64,000 bases of DNA from Selaginella moellendorffii (Eukaryota; Plantae; Lycopodiophyta), in assembly GCF_000143415.4 (NCBI RefSeq), contig NW_003314379.1, positions 310,001 through 374,000 on the forward strand, given 5' to 3'. Each line of letters begins with the position of its first letter. Positions within the stretch are counted from its first letter, which is position 1. This document shows, piece after piece, positions 13,161 to 26,324 of this stretch. Under the pieces are notes generated by a model. The model was given only the letters and a program-made list of their open reading frames with translations, did not search any database and was not told the origin of the DNA. Both the position numbers and the translations under genes were made by a program.

Positions 13161-14529
13161 CATTTTTTGCCACTAATGTTTTGCTCCTATCTTTTGGTTA
13201 TTACACCAAACAACATAAGATCACTACCTTTTGGTCCCATAGCAAAAGTTTAGAGGGTGTTCACCTCTAGTAGGTCTCTTTAGCATTTTTTGCTATGGGC
13301 TCTATGTATAACCCAACCTAGCAACTCACCCACGAGTTTTTTTTTTAGACTTGTAATAGCACTTATTGTCACAGTTTATTTCTCTTAGGTGTTTTTCCCA
13401 CTTGGTTGTAAGGAACCAACTCCCCGAGATGTTGTAGGCTAAAAGATCCCCGAAAGCACGATTGAAATGATAAAGAATTCATCGGATGGGACCGAGTCTG
13501 AAATCAAGTTCAAGACTGACTCTGAAACCGAGTTTGAGATAGAGTCCGAGATCAACTCCGAGGCTGACTCCGAGACCAAGTTCAAGACCGAGTTCGAGAC
13601 AAAGTCTGAGATCTGAGATCGAGTCCAAGATCGAGTCCGAGGTCGAGTCCGAGATCGGGTCCGAGATCAAGTCTGAGACCGAGTTGGAGGTCAGGTCCAA
13701 GATCGAGTCCAAGATCAAGTCTGAGACTGACTCTAAGTACTAATATAAGTCGAGGGGTGAAAGCCCAAAGTGTGTGTCTCCTGGGGGGGGGATGCAGGGG
13801 GTTCTAAAAGTATAGTAGGGATAGTGAGGTCTAGGAACCAGTCTTGAAAAAACTCTCCAATGGTGTTTCCAAACTGACTTGAGGTTAAGATTGGGGCCAA
13901 AGGCCTTGGGTGGGAGTGAGCATGGACTTAGGTGGTGCTAGAGGGGCCACCTAAGGAAATGCTCAAGAGCAGCTCCCACCCCCAGAAGGGAAATCTACTG
14001 TGGTGCTCCCGGCTCATGTGGAGTGGTGCCCTACTTGAGTACCTTATGGCTCATTGGTCCTTGCCCTTCCTAAAGGCTTGGGCTTTCCCTTCGGGATGGA
14101 AGTGGGGGGGTAGAGGTACCCATACTGGGCCGTTAGGCCATGGTGTTTCCCCCCGGCGTCCCGAAGCAAGTGTTGCACCCAAGGCTTGGGATTTAGAGGG
14201 TCTTATAATCAAACCTTGTTGTACCAAGGGATGTTAAGAACCTGAAGGCTTGGTGTGTTTGGCTGTTTGTGCTTGTGGGGAGTGTAATCAAACCTTAAGT
14301 CCAGTCTAACTCAGGGAGGGGGATTGGGAGAGATTTGGGAATCCGTGGATAGATGACTAATGCTCTGTTGCTCGTGCAGTGAGTAACTAAAACCAAGTAA
14401 GACCAAGTAGGAGCTAGTACAATAGGTGGGAACCTTGGCGAGAGAACTTAACAAAGGCCAAGGTAGTGTTGGTTGGATAGATGAGGTAAGCTGGCAAATT
14501 GGAAATGAAAAATTTATGGCTTACAATTT

Positions 14530-17500
14530 GGAGCTAGAGCCTCCGGTCAAACAAAAGGCTATGGATGAGGAATCCTTGCATGAGGAGGACTCCAGTGAGG
14601 AAACTTCCAAACAAGAGTCTGGTGGTGAGGTTCGGTCGTCCAAGGCTCGATCGAATGTTCTAGAAGGACAATTAGCACAGACCAATGCCCTGCTGGAGAC
14701 TCTCGTACACAAGCTAAAGTGAGACGAGAAGCAGAAGAAAAGATGAAAGACTGTAGATGTTGGCAACACAGAAGGTACGGACCTTTTGGCAGGGACTAAG
14801 GTAAAACCAAACAAGGTTAAACAAACCGAAGTGGAATTAGTCCCTCAAGCAGTTCCCAAGTACAAACCAAAACCCCTATCGGTCTTTAAGGGAGTGAATG
14901 ACTATAAAGTGGTGGAGGATTGAGTTTATGATATGGAGGATTACTTTCGAGCATTGCGGTTACTGAGCTCGGAGAAGGTCCCATGGGCAAAACCATACTT
15001 GGTAGATAATGCCAAGTCTTGGTGGAGAACAACAGAGGCCAACAAAGGACCAGTGGCCACTTGGAAAATGATGAAGGCGAGGATCCGTGCGACTTACATT
15101 CCTCCGAATGTTACTTTGCACCTAAGGGATGAGCTAAGTAGGCTAAAGCAGACCGGAAGTATTCAAGAGTATGTGAATAAGTTTATGGCCAAGAGGATAC
15201 TTGTCATGAATATGGGTGATATGGATGTGTTCCATGCCTTCATATTAGGCTTGCAAACCTGGGCTCGCGGCAAGGTGATGCGTTGGAACCCGACCAACTA
15301 CAAGGAAGCGTTGGATGTGGCTATCAAGGTGTATTTCAATGATAATTTGCGAAAGGGGAACACGACAGGGTCAAAGTTCATATTTAGCAAAAGGGCCAAA
15401 CCAAGGGAAACATATAGTAAAAGGAAATTCAAGAAGGGTTTCTCTAAAAATGAGTCCTCAAGGTTTCCGAAAAGGCAGATCTGGTGGCCAGCAAGCAAGT
15501 ACATGGGGGAGTCAAGCAAAAAAAGACAAACCCACGGATAAAAAGGTCAAGTCTGCTAGCAGTATGGGAAACAACGTATGCTACAACTGCGGTGAAGTGG
15601 GACACTTTTCAAGGGAATATCCTTACCCAAAGAAGGCCAGAGCCAATATGGCCATTAAGTCAAGTGAAATTCAAATGGAGGTACGTGATTCAGTCCCTAA
15701 CTCAAAGTTACTCATTACACGAGCAACTTTGGTAGAGAGTCATTTGTGACATCTACTAGCCCTTCGAAGGAAGCTCAAAGGTAGCTTTGTTAAGATCCTT
15801 ATTGACATGGGTGCTTCAGATAATTTTGTAGTTGTAGACATAGTCCGGCAAGCCCGATTAACAATGCAGCGGCTAGGTGAACCAAGGATGATAGAGTTTG
15901 TTCAAGGTAGCCAAAGCACTGATGAGGTAGTTTGACAAGTGAGAGTCGAAATAGGGACATAAAAAGTAAACATGGATTTCACCGTGTTGGACATGGCGGG
16001 ATTTGATATAATCTTCGGGATGGATTGGTTCAATCAATTCATAGTAGCTCTGCATGGACAAGGTAGGAACCTTGTGGTACTGGTGAATGCCTGGGGAGAA
16101 CGATCTAAGGTGAAGGCCCAGGATCTAAAGGTAGGGCAATATAAGGTCAAAGACTCTTACTTAAACCTAGTGTCCATGAAAGGACAACTCACTAAAAGAA
16201 CCAAGGCAACATTTTTGTGCTTACACTCGGTGAAGAGTAACAAAAAGACAGAAACAAAAGAAGTGCCTTTAATCATCTAGCGGGTGTTAGACCAATTCCA
16301 GGATACCATACTGGAGGAGCTACTAGCAGGGTTGCCCCCCGCACGACCAATAGAACATAAAATTGAGCTAATCGAGGGTGCTAAGGTGGTGGTTCGCCCC
16401 CCTATCATTTGAATGACAAGGAACTCAAGGAGGTCAAGTGCCAACTAGAAGAGTTAGTGGACAAAGGGTATATTAGGTTGAGCAAGTCGTTGTATAAGGA
16501 ACTGGTGTTATTTGTGAAAAAGAAAGATGGATTTATACGCATGTGCATAGACTATTAGTTGCTTAACAAGTATACAAAGAAGAACAAATACCCTTTGCCA
16601 AGGATTGAGGACTTGTTCGATAAGTTGGGAAAGGCAAAATACTTCTCGAGGATTGACCTAAGGTCAGGATACTATTAGATCAAGGTAGCAGAGGAAGATG
16701 TCGAAAAGACAACCTGTCGAACAAGGTATGGGAGCTTTGAGTTTCTAGTGATGCCCTTTGGGCTGTGCAATGCGCCGACAACGTTTTTGGTGCTAATGAA
16801 CCACATCTTTATACCCTATCTAGATCACTTTGTGGTCGTCTATATTGATGACATCCTGATTTATATTGAGATGAACACTTGACAAAGGTGTTTGAGAAAC
16901 TAAGGGAACACCAAGGTAAAGTTTCTCGGGCATGTGGTGGCAAGGATGGGCTCAAGGTGGACCCTGAGAAGGTCCAAGCGATCTAGGAATGGGAACGACC
17001 ATCGAATGTACACGAGTTAAGGGCATTCTTGGGGCTATGCAATTACTACTGAAAGTTTATCAAACACTATTCGAGAATAGCCCTACCTTTGACGGACTAA
17101 ACGGGAAAAGGGAAGATGGTATGGACAATGGAATGCGAGGTGGCATTTGTCCACCTCAAAGGGAAGTTGAGGAAATCTCCCGTATTGGCGTTACCAGATT
17201 TTGGTAAGGACTTTGAGGTAGAAAAAGATGCTTCGGATTTTGTGTTGGGCACAGTTTTGAAGCAAGACAACCATCTAGTGGTGTTCTTCTTGAAGAAGTT
17301 GGACAAGGCTCAGTGGAAGTGGCCTGCCCATGAGAAGGAATTGTTTGCAGTGGTCATGGTGCTCAAGGAGTGGAGACACTACCTTGGGAGACACTTCAAG
17401 GTTTACATAGACAATGTGGCAATGAAACACTTTTTGTTACAACCCGACCTGAGAGGGAAACTGGGTCAGTGGGCCAATGTTTTGGCCGAGTTTGATTGCG

Positions 17501-19197
17501 AGATTCTGTATAAGCCTGAGAAGAAGAGCAACATCTTGGTAAATACTCTAAGTCAAAAAGCAAGTTTAAAGTTGGCGATATCTAGTGCGACAACAACCTT
17601 TTGGGATGATGTGTGGACAGCATATGAGAACGATGGTTTAGCACAAAAAGTGTTGCTGAGGAACCTCGAGGCGCAAGAAGCTCACTAGAGAGGTGAGCTG
17701 CCAACGAAAGAGAAAACAAGCTATGCGGAATGCAATGGACTCATTTATTATAAACAAACGAAAATGTATATTCTAGAAGGGGAACTAAGGAAAGTAACAT
17801 TAGAAAAGTGTCATGATGGACCTCTTGTGGGACACGGCAGAGTGCCCAAGAAGATGGGCTTACTCAAGAGGAAGTATCACTGACTAGATATGATTAAGGA
17901 CGTCCAAGACTATGTAAAGACATGCTCAACATGTCAGCAAGTCAAAGCCATAACTAAGGCTAGTGGGGGCTCATTACAAAGTATCCCAATTCCAAATCGT
18001 CCGTGAAAATGTCTTACGATGGACTTCATCACAGGATTCCCCCCAAGTGAGGGGTTTGATGCGATATTCGTGGTGGTAGACTGATTTTCAAAGATGGCAC
18101 ATTTCATACCCACCACAACGGAAGTGGATGCAGAAGGTGTGGCGAAGCTATTCTTCGAACAAGTGGTTTGAGTGCAGGGAAGGCTAGAGGAGATCATCTC
18201 AGATTGAGATAAGATCTTCACCAATAGGTTCTGGAGAACTCTCTTGGAACAGTATTGCACCAAGTTGAAATTCAGCACATCCTATCACCCACAGACAAGT
18301 ATTGGGTATTAAGTCAAGTTTGATGGCACTAACACTTCTTGACAGACGGACAAATGGAAAGGGTGAATAGGCAGTTGCAGGATTATTTGCGATGTTATGT
18401 CTCGGGAGACTAGACCAATTGGGTAAGTCATTTGGGACTTGCAGAAATATGATATAACAACTCACTACACTCAAGTATCAGGGTGAGTCCATGGGAAGTC
18501 ATTAATGGGCAAGCTATTGAAAGTCCTGTGGAACTCGACGTGGCCAAGTATCATGGAGAGTTACCCGCAGTGGAGGCATTCATGGCAGAAAGACTTAACA
18601 TTTGGAATCTAGTGAGGGATTCCTTGGAACGGGCTCAACAAAGGCAAACCAAGTACATGAACCAGAAGCGCCGGGATGTAGAGTTCCAAACTGGGGAGAA
18701 GGTGTGGCTGAACACCAAGAACCTTAGACTACTAAGTGGGATCAACCGGAAGTTGACCCAAAGGTAAAAATGCATGTATTCCTATAAATGAATTAATTTT
18801 GAGTTCCTTAAGCAAGTTTGCAGGGCCTTACAAGATTGAGGCACGAATCGGTAAAGTGGTTTATTGTTTCCGACTTCCTTGAGAGATAGGGAAGATGCAC
18901 CTAGTGTTCCATGTGAACTTATTCAAGCCGTACTTTGAGGATCTGCATCACAAGGACCAAGTAAGACCTTTACCTAAGGTTATCCAAGGGAAAGAGGAAT
19001 ATGAAGTCGAGGCTATCCTCAATTCGCGCAAGAGTAAGCAACAAGGACGTGAGGTGAGGGAGTTCCATGTGAAGTGGAAAGGATTTCCACATTGCGAAGC
19101 AACATTGGAACTAGAAGAGAACATAGCAAATGTGTGAGATCTAATGGAGGAATTTGTACAAGGCAGAACTCTATGTACTTATGCAAAGTTCAATTAA
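14530..19197 (+). pseudogene. gag-pol of chromovirus C (disrupted)
   Basis: ORF fragments 14933-15541 (gag), 15972-16280 (protease), 17116-17688 (RNase H), 18483-18767 and 18895-19137 (INT C-terminus and chromodomain). Confidence 0.9.
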
Positions 19198-19882
19198 AAT
19201 ATCAATTTGTGAAGTTGAGCAATGGCATATGTTGGAACCTGAAGGTGTGCCAAAGGTAAGCTAATTAACATGGGTTAGCTAGGTCGACCAGGTGTAGGGA
19301 ACTACACCCGACTCCCTATAGGGATATCGAATCCATAGATGTATTTTACGGAGGTTGGGTTCGAGTCCCAACCCCCTAGTAAAGCAAACTTGGGTTCAAG
19401 TCCCAACCCCATACTAGGGCGTGGTGAGGTGAGGGGTATAGAGACACCTATATTCCATTGTCATGGGCTCTTGGCTAGGGAGGCTAACTTAGGCACACTA
19501 CTAAATGGGGGGATGCCTTCGGAGACATGGTCAACAAATCGTAAGATTAAAAAGAGACGTTTGATGTGGGCATTGAACTTCTTCTATAGGCGGTGAAGTT
19601 GTAAAGAATCAACTCCCCGAGGTGTCGTAGGCTAAAGGATCCCTGAAAGCACGACCGAAATGATAAAGAGTTTATCGGATGGGACCGAGTCTGAGATCGA
19701 GTCCAAGACCGACTCAAAGACTGAGTTCGAGATAGAGTCTGGGATTGAGTCCGAGGTCAACTCCGAGACCGAGTTCAAAACAGAGTCTGAGATCCGAGAT
19801 CGGGTCCAAGACCGAGTTCGAGTCGGAGGTTGAGTCTAAGGTCGAGTCCGAGATCGGGTCCGAGGTCAAGTCCGAGACCGGG

Positions 19883-20275
19883 TGTTAGGCACCAGGTCAG
19901 GATAATAGGATAAGGAAAGGGCCCTACAATCAAGTGATCACCCCTTTAGCCAGTTGGCTTAGGGTGTAAGGGATAGGATCCTAACAATGGTATCAGAGCC
20001 TAGTTCGATTCTCGTGGCTGACGAGTGGGGTAGGAATATTCTGAGGAATATTCAACATGGTGGATCTAGAGGGAGAACCAAGGTTTGGTAGACCCTAAGA
20101 GAAGGACCATGGTGACCGGATGGTGGCCTAAGTATGATCGCGGACGATCATTCCCTGACGAGGGGGAGGATTGTTAGGCCCCAGGTCAGGATAATAGGAT
20201 AAGGAAAGGGCCCTACAATCAAGTGATCACCCCTTTAGCCAGTTGGCTTAGGGTGTAAGGGATAGGATCCTAACA
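19883..20275 (+). mobile_element. Young TRIM (393 bp) inserted in the 3' LTR of element C
   Basis: 104-bp LTRs at 19883-19986 and 20172-20275 (TGTTAGG...CCTAACA) differ at one base. PBS TGGTATCAGAGC (tRNA-iMet), PPT GAGGGGGAGGAT and perfect TSD CCGGG. Confidence 0.95.
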
Positions 20276-23200
20276 CCGGGTCCGAGACTGGGTCCGAGAT
20301 CGAGTCCGAGACCGAGTCTGAGTACTAATATAGATCAAGGGGTGAAAGCCCAAAGTGTGTGTCTCCCAGGGGGGGGGGGGGGCTGTAGGGGGTTCCAAAA
20401 GTATAGTAAGGATAGTGAGGTTTAGGAACCAATCTTGAAGGAACTCTCTAGTGGTGCTTCCATACTGACTTGAGGTTGAGACTGGGGCTAAGGGGCCTTA
20501 GGTAGGAGTGAGCATGGACTCGGGTGGTGCTGGAGGGGCCACCCAAGGAAGTGCTCAAGAGCAGTTCCTACTCCCAGACGGGAAATCGACTACGGTGCTC
20601 CCGGCTCATATGGAGTGGTGCCCCATTTGAGTACTTTGTGGCTCATTGGTCCCCACCCTTCCTAGGGGATGGGCTTTCCCTTCAGGGTGGAAGTGGGGGG
20701 GGGGGGGGTAAGGTGCCCTTTGGGCCGTTAGCATGGTGTTTCTCTTGCATCCGAACAAGTTTGTCCCCAAGTTTGGGATTTAGAGGGTCCATGATCAAGC
20801 CTTGTTGTACTAAGGGATGTTAGGAACTTGAAGGTTTGGTGTGCTTGGCTGTTTGTGCCTGTGGGGAGTGTAGTTGAACCTTAAGTTCAGTCTAACTCGG
20901 GGAGGGGGATTGGAAAAGATTTGGGAATTTATGGATGGATTGCTAACGCTCCGTTGCTCGTGTAGTGAGTAGTTGAAATCCAATATGACCAAATAAGAGC
21001 TAGTACAATAGGTGGGAACCTTGGCAAGGGAACTTAGCAAAGGCTAAGGCAGTGTTGGTTAAATAGACCAGGTAAGCTGGCAAATTGAAAATGAAAAATT
21101 TGTGGCTTACATTGGTCACTTTAACCAAGCCATACTATTATCAATAGTTCAAATTAACACTTTGAATTAGGAATTTTATTCCTTAACCTCACAAGGACTT
21201 TATTATTTTAGCCATAAAATCACGTAGTGATATAACCTTGACACTTTAACAGGTTTACCAATAGGTATTAGGTTTTTTAGACCTTTAACTTGTTGACTAT
21301 AACCTCGGGAGTATCCCTCATGCTTGGTAGTGCGCGCAAGCTAGCCCTTCCGACCAAAGGTTCATAGCAATTGAAACTAGGTGTCCCCATCTCATTCACC
21401 ACATCTTTGGTGCCACTTGCACCAAAGTGTTCAAGTTAGATATGCCAAGCTTTCACACTAAACACTTTAACTGTGCATCATGACTCTAGGGCATCCCCAC
21501 TTGGCAGTGTGCCCAAGCCAATCTCCTCATTGAGAGTGTATGACCACCAAAAAATGAGTGTCCTTATATTCCAAACCATCACCATGCCCTAGTGAGTTGG
21601 GATCGAACCCAAGCACTAGAGGGTTGGGACTCAAACCCAACCTCTGTATATGCATCTATATATGGCATCACCTAAGATACTTGGCATAATTCCCCATGCT
21701 GGTGCACTAATTTATACTTCTATGAATCACAGTTTAAGAACCCATTTCTCCAAACTACCAAATCCTCTCACTTGACAAGTCTGTGATCATATATGGACTC
21801 CTCCATGTTTGGCCCTATAAGCCACCTTTTTTTGAAGTCAACACCTTTAACTATGGTCTTTGTTCCCTTTGACTTGCCAATCTCACTTAACAAGTCATCC
21901 AACTAGCATAACATGCTTTTATGCATAAGCGTGAAAGTCCTTAACTATCGACTTTAGTACAAAGCCATCTCTTTGAACACTTAGGGACTACTTCTCCAAC
22001 CTTGATAGCCTCACCTCATAGCAAGTTTCAAGACCACGCTTCTATTACGCCACTTTGACTTTGTATGTTTTATGAACCATTTACACTTGTCTTTTTAGGT
22101 TAGAATTGTTTTTGGGAACCTTAAAAAGTTTATTATGAGCTCAACTCAACTTTGGACCATCCCTTTTGAAGGGACTCTGTACCTTAGCTTATTAAGGCCT
22201 TTCCTTTTGCATGCTTTTTAATTGCCATATTGTCTAATATGAACAATTCTATACTTTAGACTCTTTATGGCATCATAGTTGTTAATAGCAACACGTTCGA
22301 GCACTCACTTGATTCTCCATTCTTAACTTTTATAACCACCCTTGGTTATACCTTTCGATTCTTATGGTTTGGTTCTATCCTTTTACTACTTATTTTTTAT
22401 CCTTACGCTTTCTCCTTTTATCTAGGAGGGTAGTTTTGTACTTTCCACCATGCATTAGCAAGTATTCTTAAGGATGAACTTACTCAATAATTTAGGGAGT
22501 GGTTCTTCAATCTGGATATGCTCACCGTGTAATCCCACATATTGGAATTAATATCACTACGTATAGGCCTCTTTATGCCTATTGCTAGTTATGCCAAAAA
22601 CCCTTTTTAACTTTGTCCAATTCAGATGACAAACTTCTCCATTTCTGCAACCTTGGACGTTGGATGGCACCTCCTATCCATTATTCATTAAAGACTTAGT
22701 CCTTTACTAATGCCCTCATGATTCCAAATACCACTCTTTAGTGTTTTAGAGTGTTTTGGTGTCTCAATGATAACCTTATTTGACAATGAGCATTTTCCTT
22801 TACAACATTGATTTACTATATCTCAACATAAGCAATTTATCCCTTGAAGGGGTACATTTAACCTCCTCATCCCAATAAAAAGTTTTGGGTAGTTAACTTC
22901 TACTAATTCAATCAATTATTTGCACAATTTGCTTAGTTTCCTCATAGTTATCAAATCTTATAATTCATTGTTGATGCTTTCAAACCTCCATCATTATTTG
23001 GGTCACTAAACTCTAACCACATGCCTTCTAGCTTAGGCTATACTATTCCCATTTCCATTGAGATTCCTTTTGGCAAGGGGTTCTGATGAATCTATTAACT
23101 TGACCTCAAGACATCACACCTTGGCACATTTGGTGCCTCCACACCATTAGCTTTACAAGTTTACTCTTATGACACTTCTCACTTGTGTCTAGGTCTTTGC

Positions 23201-25966
23201 CAAGACTACAGGTATTGTTTCTTAAACCAACTATCAATTAGCACTACATCATAGCATTCACACACTAACTATGTACCAAAGTTATTTTCTTTCGGGAACA
23301 CCTTTCCCACGATTTTAGTATGACATATTTTGCCATCAATGAGATACCCATTGTTCTCATACTTAGATTTTATGATCCTCCCTATCCTTTGTAGGGTACA
23401 ACACACTTAAGTCCAAATACTTTCATCAATCCTTTAGAACCATTCCTTGACTACACTTGAGTTATCTAGCTTTTTGGACTTTGCTAATTCAACAACTCAT
23501 AAAATCCTAACCTCCTGGCTAGTTTTTAGGTGTCAATTCATTAGAATACATCTTCTTGTATTCATGTCCTACTCACAAGGATCATCTTTACAAATGTTAC
23601 TCTGACACTTAAATTATTTTTCATTATTTATGAGTTACCTTTGCCCTTTAGGACTATTCATTCATATGATGAGAATACCGACACATCCTCTAAGTACAAC
23701 CTCAACTCCTTGGGTTTGTTTTAGCATTTATAAAAGGTAGCCCCGTCTACCATTTCAAGGACTCGTGTCCTCATCCATCTTTTGACCTCCCACAGTCATT
23801 AATTCTGATTTCAAATTCATGAGCACCAGCCTCAACTATATGAGGATAATTTTGTGATTCCTTTATTGTTTTTGGAGTCTCTATCTTTCTCGTGATCTCA
23901 ACTATAGTTGTTTACCATAACTATATTAGCTAGTTTGCTAAGTTAAATACTTATCTGGATCACATCTTCAACTCCCTAAGAAAAACTTTATATTGTTCCC
24001 AAGATCCCAAAGTTGTACACAAATTGACCCTTTTTTATCCACCACATTGTGAATAGGTTCATTTATGAACTAAAGTGGAGAATCATGCCCTTTTGATATA
24101 TTGCTCCTCGAGGATAGGCCCACTCTCAGGACCTTCCAATGCTAAAACAAGTGGTAATATATTTGACCACCAATAAAAGTCGGACTAAGGAACAGCTCCG
24201 ATATCAAATTGTAAGCGACTAAATTTTCCATTCTACTTTACTCACTTAACTACACTTTCAACCACTTGACTCACAACCTCCATAAATCTTATTCTGGACT
24301 TAGGGTTTGCTAGCCCTGAGAATAACATCCATGCCACTTAACCTTTCCATTTGGTCCAATAGCTTTATTGGGATGTCCTCTAAGACTTCTTCACCATGTA
24401 ATTGTATTCTTGGTCACTACACTAAATGATTACTCTTTTTCCTTTCCACAATCTGGGACTTTGGGATAACATTTTGGAACACCATGGCCTTATGTAAGCC
24501 TCATAGGTACTCTCCTCACCTTCTGCATTTGAGTGCTCTAGCCATGGGGTTAAAGTGAGATTCCGTTGAGCCACACTAGGTATCCAATTAAGTAATGCCA
24601 CCCACACTTGGACTGGGAGCATCGACCATTCAATTTATTGGGGAACTAGAGCTAGCTCTTGAACATTTCACCAAACTACCCCACTTATTAATCTATATTC
24701 ACTTTAACTTTGGACTCCTTAATAAATATATCATCGCCCAACACGTGGGTAGAGCCTTTCTAGGTCACACTGGCCTTTTCTTGCCAAATTGGCTCCACTA
24801 GCATCCAACCCCCACACTCTCCCTATTATACTTTTGGAACCTCCTGCAACCCCCAACCCCCCGCCCCAACAGCTTATATTAATATTTGGATTTGGACTTA
24901 GACTCGGTTTCGATTTTGGTCTTGGTCTCAGTTTCGGTCTTAGTTCCATCTCGGACTCCATCTCATACTCTTTCTTGGACTCCATCTCGGACTCCATCTC
25001 ATACTCTTTCTTGGACTCCATCTCGGACTCCATCTTAGACTCCTTCTTAGACTCCTTCTTAGACACTTCCACATATCATGTGTTGGTCCTCTTGTGTCCC
25101 TTTTTTAGAGACTCACTTATTGCTTGCTTCTTGCTCGTTCCTCGAGCACCTCGTTGGGAGTTCCACTCCCACTTGTAACTTTTTGAGTCGTCACTTTTAA
25201 TCTAATTGTGTTACACTCATTTGGCTTCCATCTCAACCACTACCATATGGCACCCTTTTAGCTCCTCTTTGGGGCCTAGGGGTTTTATGTCTCACAGTCC
25301 ACTGTTGGGCATATGATGAAGTTGGTCATATTTATCAGTGTTGCCAGCATTTTCTAGACTAATGACCTCCATTTCTTGGGTGGAGACTTTGGCATTAACA
25401 ACATCCTATTGCCAAAGGTGACTATTGACTTCATTAGTGATGTCTTGATTCATTTGAAAGGGACATAGAAGGACCCTATCCGTGATGTTCGTAAAGTGTT
25501 AGATCAGCTACGAGAAGTTGGTTTAAAATTGAAGTGGTTGAAGTGCGTGTTTAAGTCTAAGGACATGATTATCTTGGGTATCATATTTCTTGTGAGGGTT
25601 TGTAAATTGATCCTGACAAATTTATGGCTATTCTAAAGTTCTCTACTCTGAAGTATGTGAATGATGTGCAGCACTTTCTAGGCAAGGTGCAATATCTCAG
25701 TCATTTTGTGGATTATCTTTCTGATTGCACTACATCATTATGAGCATTGCTGAAGCTATCAATATCATCTTTCATCTAGTTTGTGGACTGTGGAAAAACA
25801 TTTATGGATCTCAAAAAGATATTAACAACTCCTCCAGTTTTGGCATATCTTAATTCCACTTGACCTTTCATTTTACATATGGATGCTTCTGATATTGGTT
25901 TTAGAGGTGTGTTGATGCAAGAGTGCCTAAGTATGCCTGTCATTGCCATCCTATGCATTTTTCAGC

Positions 25967-26066
25967 NNNNNNNNNNNNNNNNNNNNNNNNNNNNNNNNNN
26001 NNNNNNNNNNNNNNNNNNNNNNNNNNNNNNNNNNNNNNNNNNNNNNNNNNNNNNNNNNNNNNNNNN
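25967..26066. other. Assembly gap (100 N)
   Basis: Run of N. Confidence 1.
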
Positions 26067-26324
26067 ATCACATTGCATTTTTAGCTGTATATTACAACCA
26101 GTAGAGGTGAATTACTCGCATAAAGGATAGAGAAGGAGCGTGGAACAGCAAAGGGGGGTTTTTAAAGAACTCCATATCAACATGGGTTTCAGACATTACT
26201 AAAAGGTGATCATGTTGCAGTTACTTTATTATTGAAGCAGAATAACCTGGTTAGTTATACTATTTGGTGAGTTTTGAAGCTTTAAATATATAATTTTTAT
26301 GTTGTTCATTGCCCAAGGAGTTCT

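Larger units (their letters stand above)
13407..21111 (+). mobile_element. Ty3/gypsy chromovirus, family C (decayed full-length copy)
   Basis: LTRs at 13407-14525 and 19600-21111 (TGTAA...GCTTACA) with perfect TSD TTGGT. Domain order is gag-CCHC-PR-RT(YIDD)-RNase H-INT-chromodomain (EEYEVEAILNSRK...FHVKWKGFPHCEAT). It has many stops, and a deletion removes most of the PBS and the gag start. Confidence 0.95.
7831..25296 (-). mobile_element. LARD-type non-autonomous LTR element, family A, copy A1 (old; hosts three further insertions)
   Basis: LTRs at 7831-12267 (interrupted) and 24210-25296 read TGTAAG...TCTCACA on +. A decayed Met-type PBS lies next to 24210 and a PPT next to 12267. TSD is GTTCA/GTCCA. 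The internal region is colinear with copies A3 and A4. Confidence 0.85.
7230..25966 (+). mobile_element. Old, decayed Ty3/gypsy element (host of the first nest), surviving as gag at about 7230-7830 and zinc-knuckle/RT/RNase H remnants at 25297-25966
   Basis: The gag-like frame has many stops. Removing the insertion leaves HCWAYDEVGHIYQCC (a degenerate CCHC knuckle) at the junction. RT-like LGYHISCEGL and RNase H-like FILHMDASDIGFRGVLMQE follow. Confidence 0.65.

Noticed and set aside
19160-19285. Possible third intron after the chromodomain (AAG|GTAAGC at about 19256)
   Set aside because: It lies beyond the stop codon, so there is no conserved protein motif to test the junction, and the nearest AG gives an implausibly short intron.
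19354-19406. tRNA gene or tRNA-derived SINE
   Set aside because: Only T-arm-like hairpins are present. I see no A-box/D-arm, anticodon arm, acceptor stem, tail or TSD.
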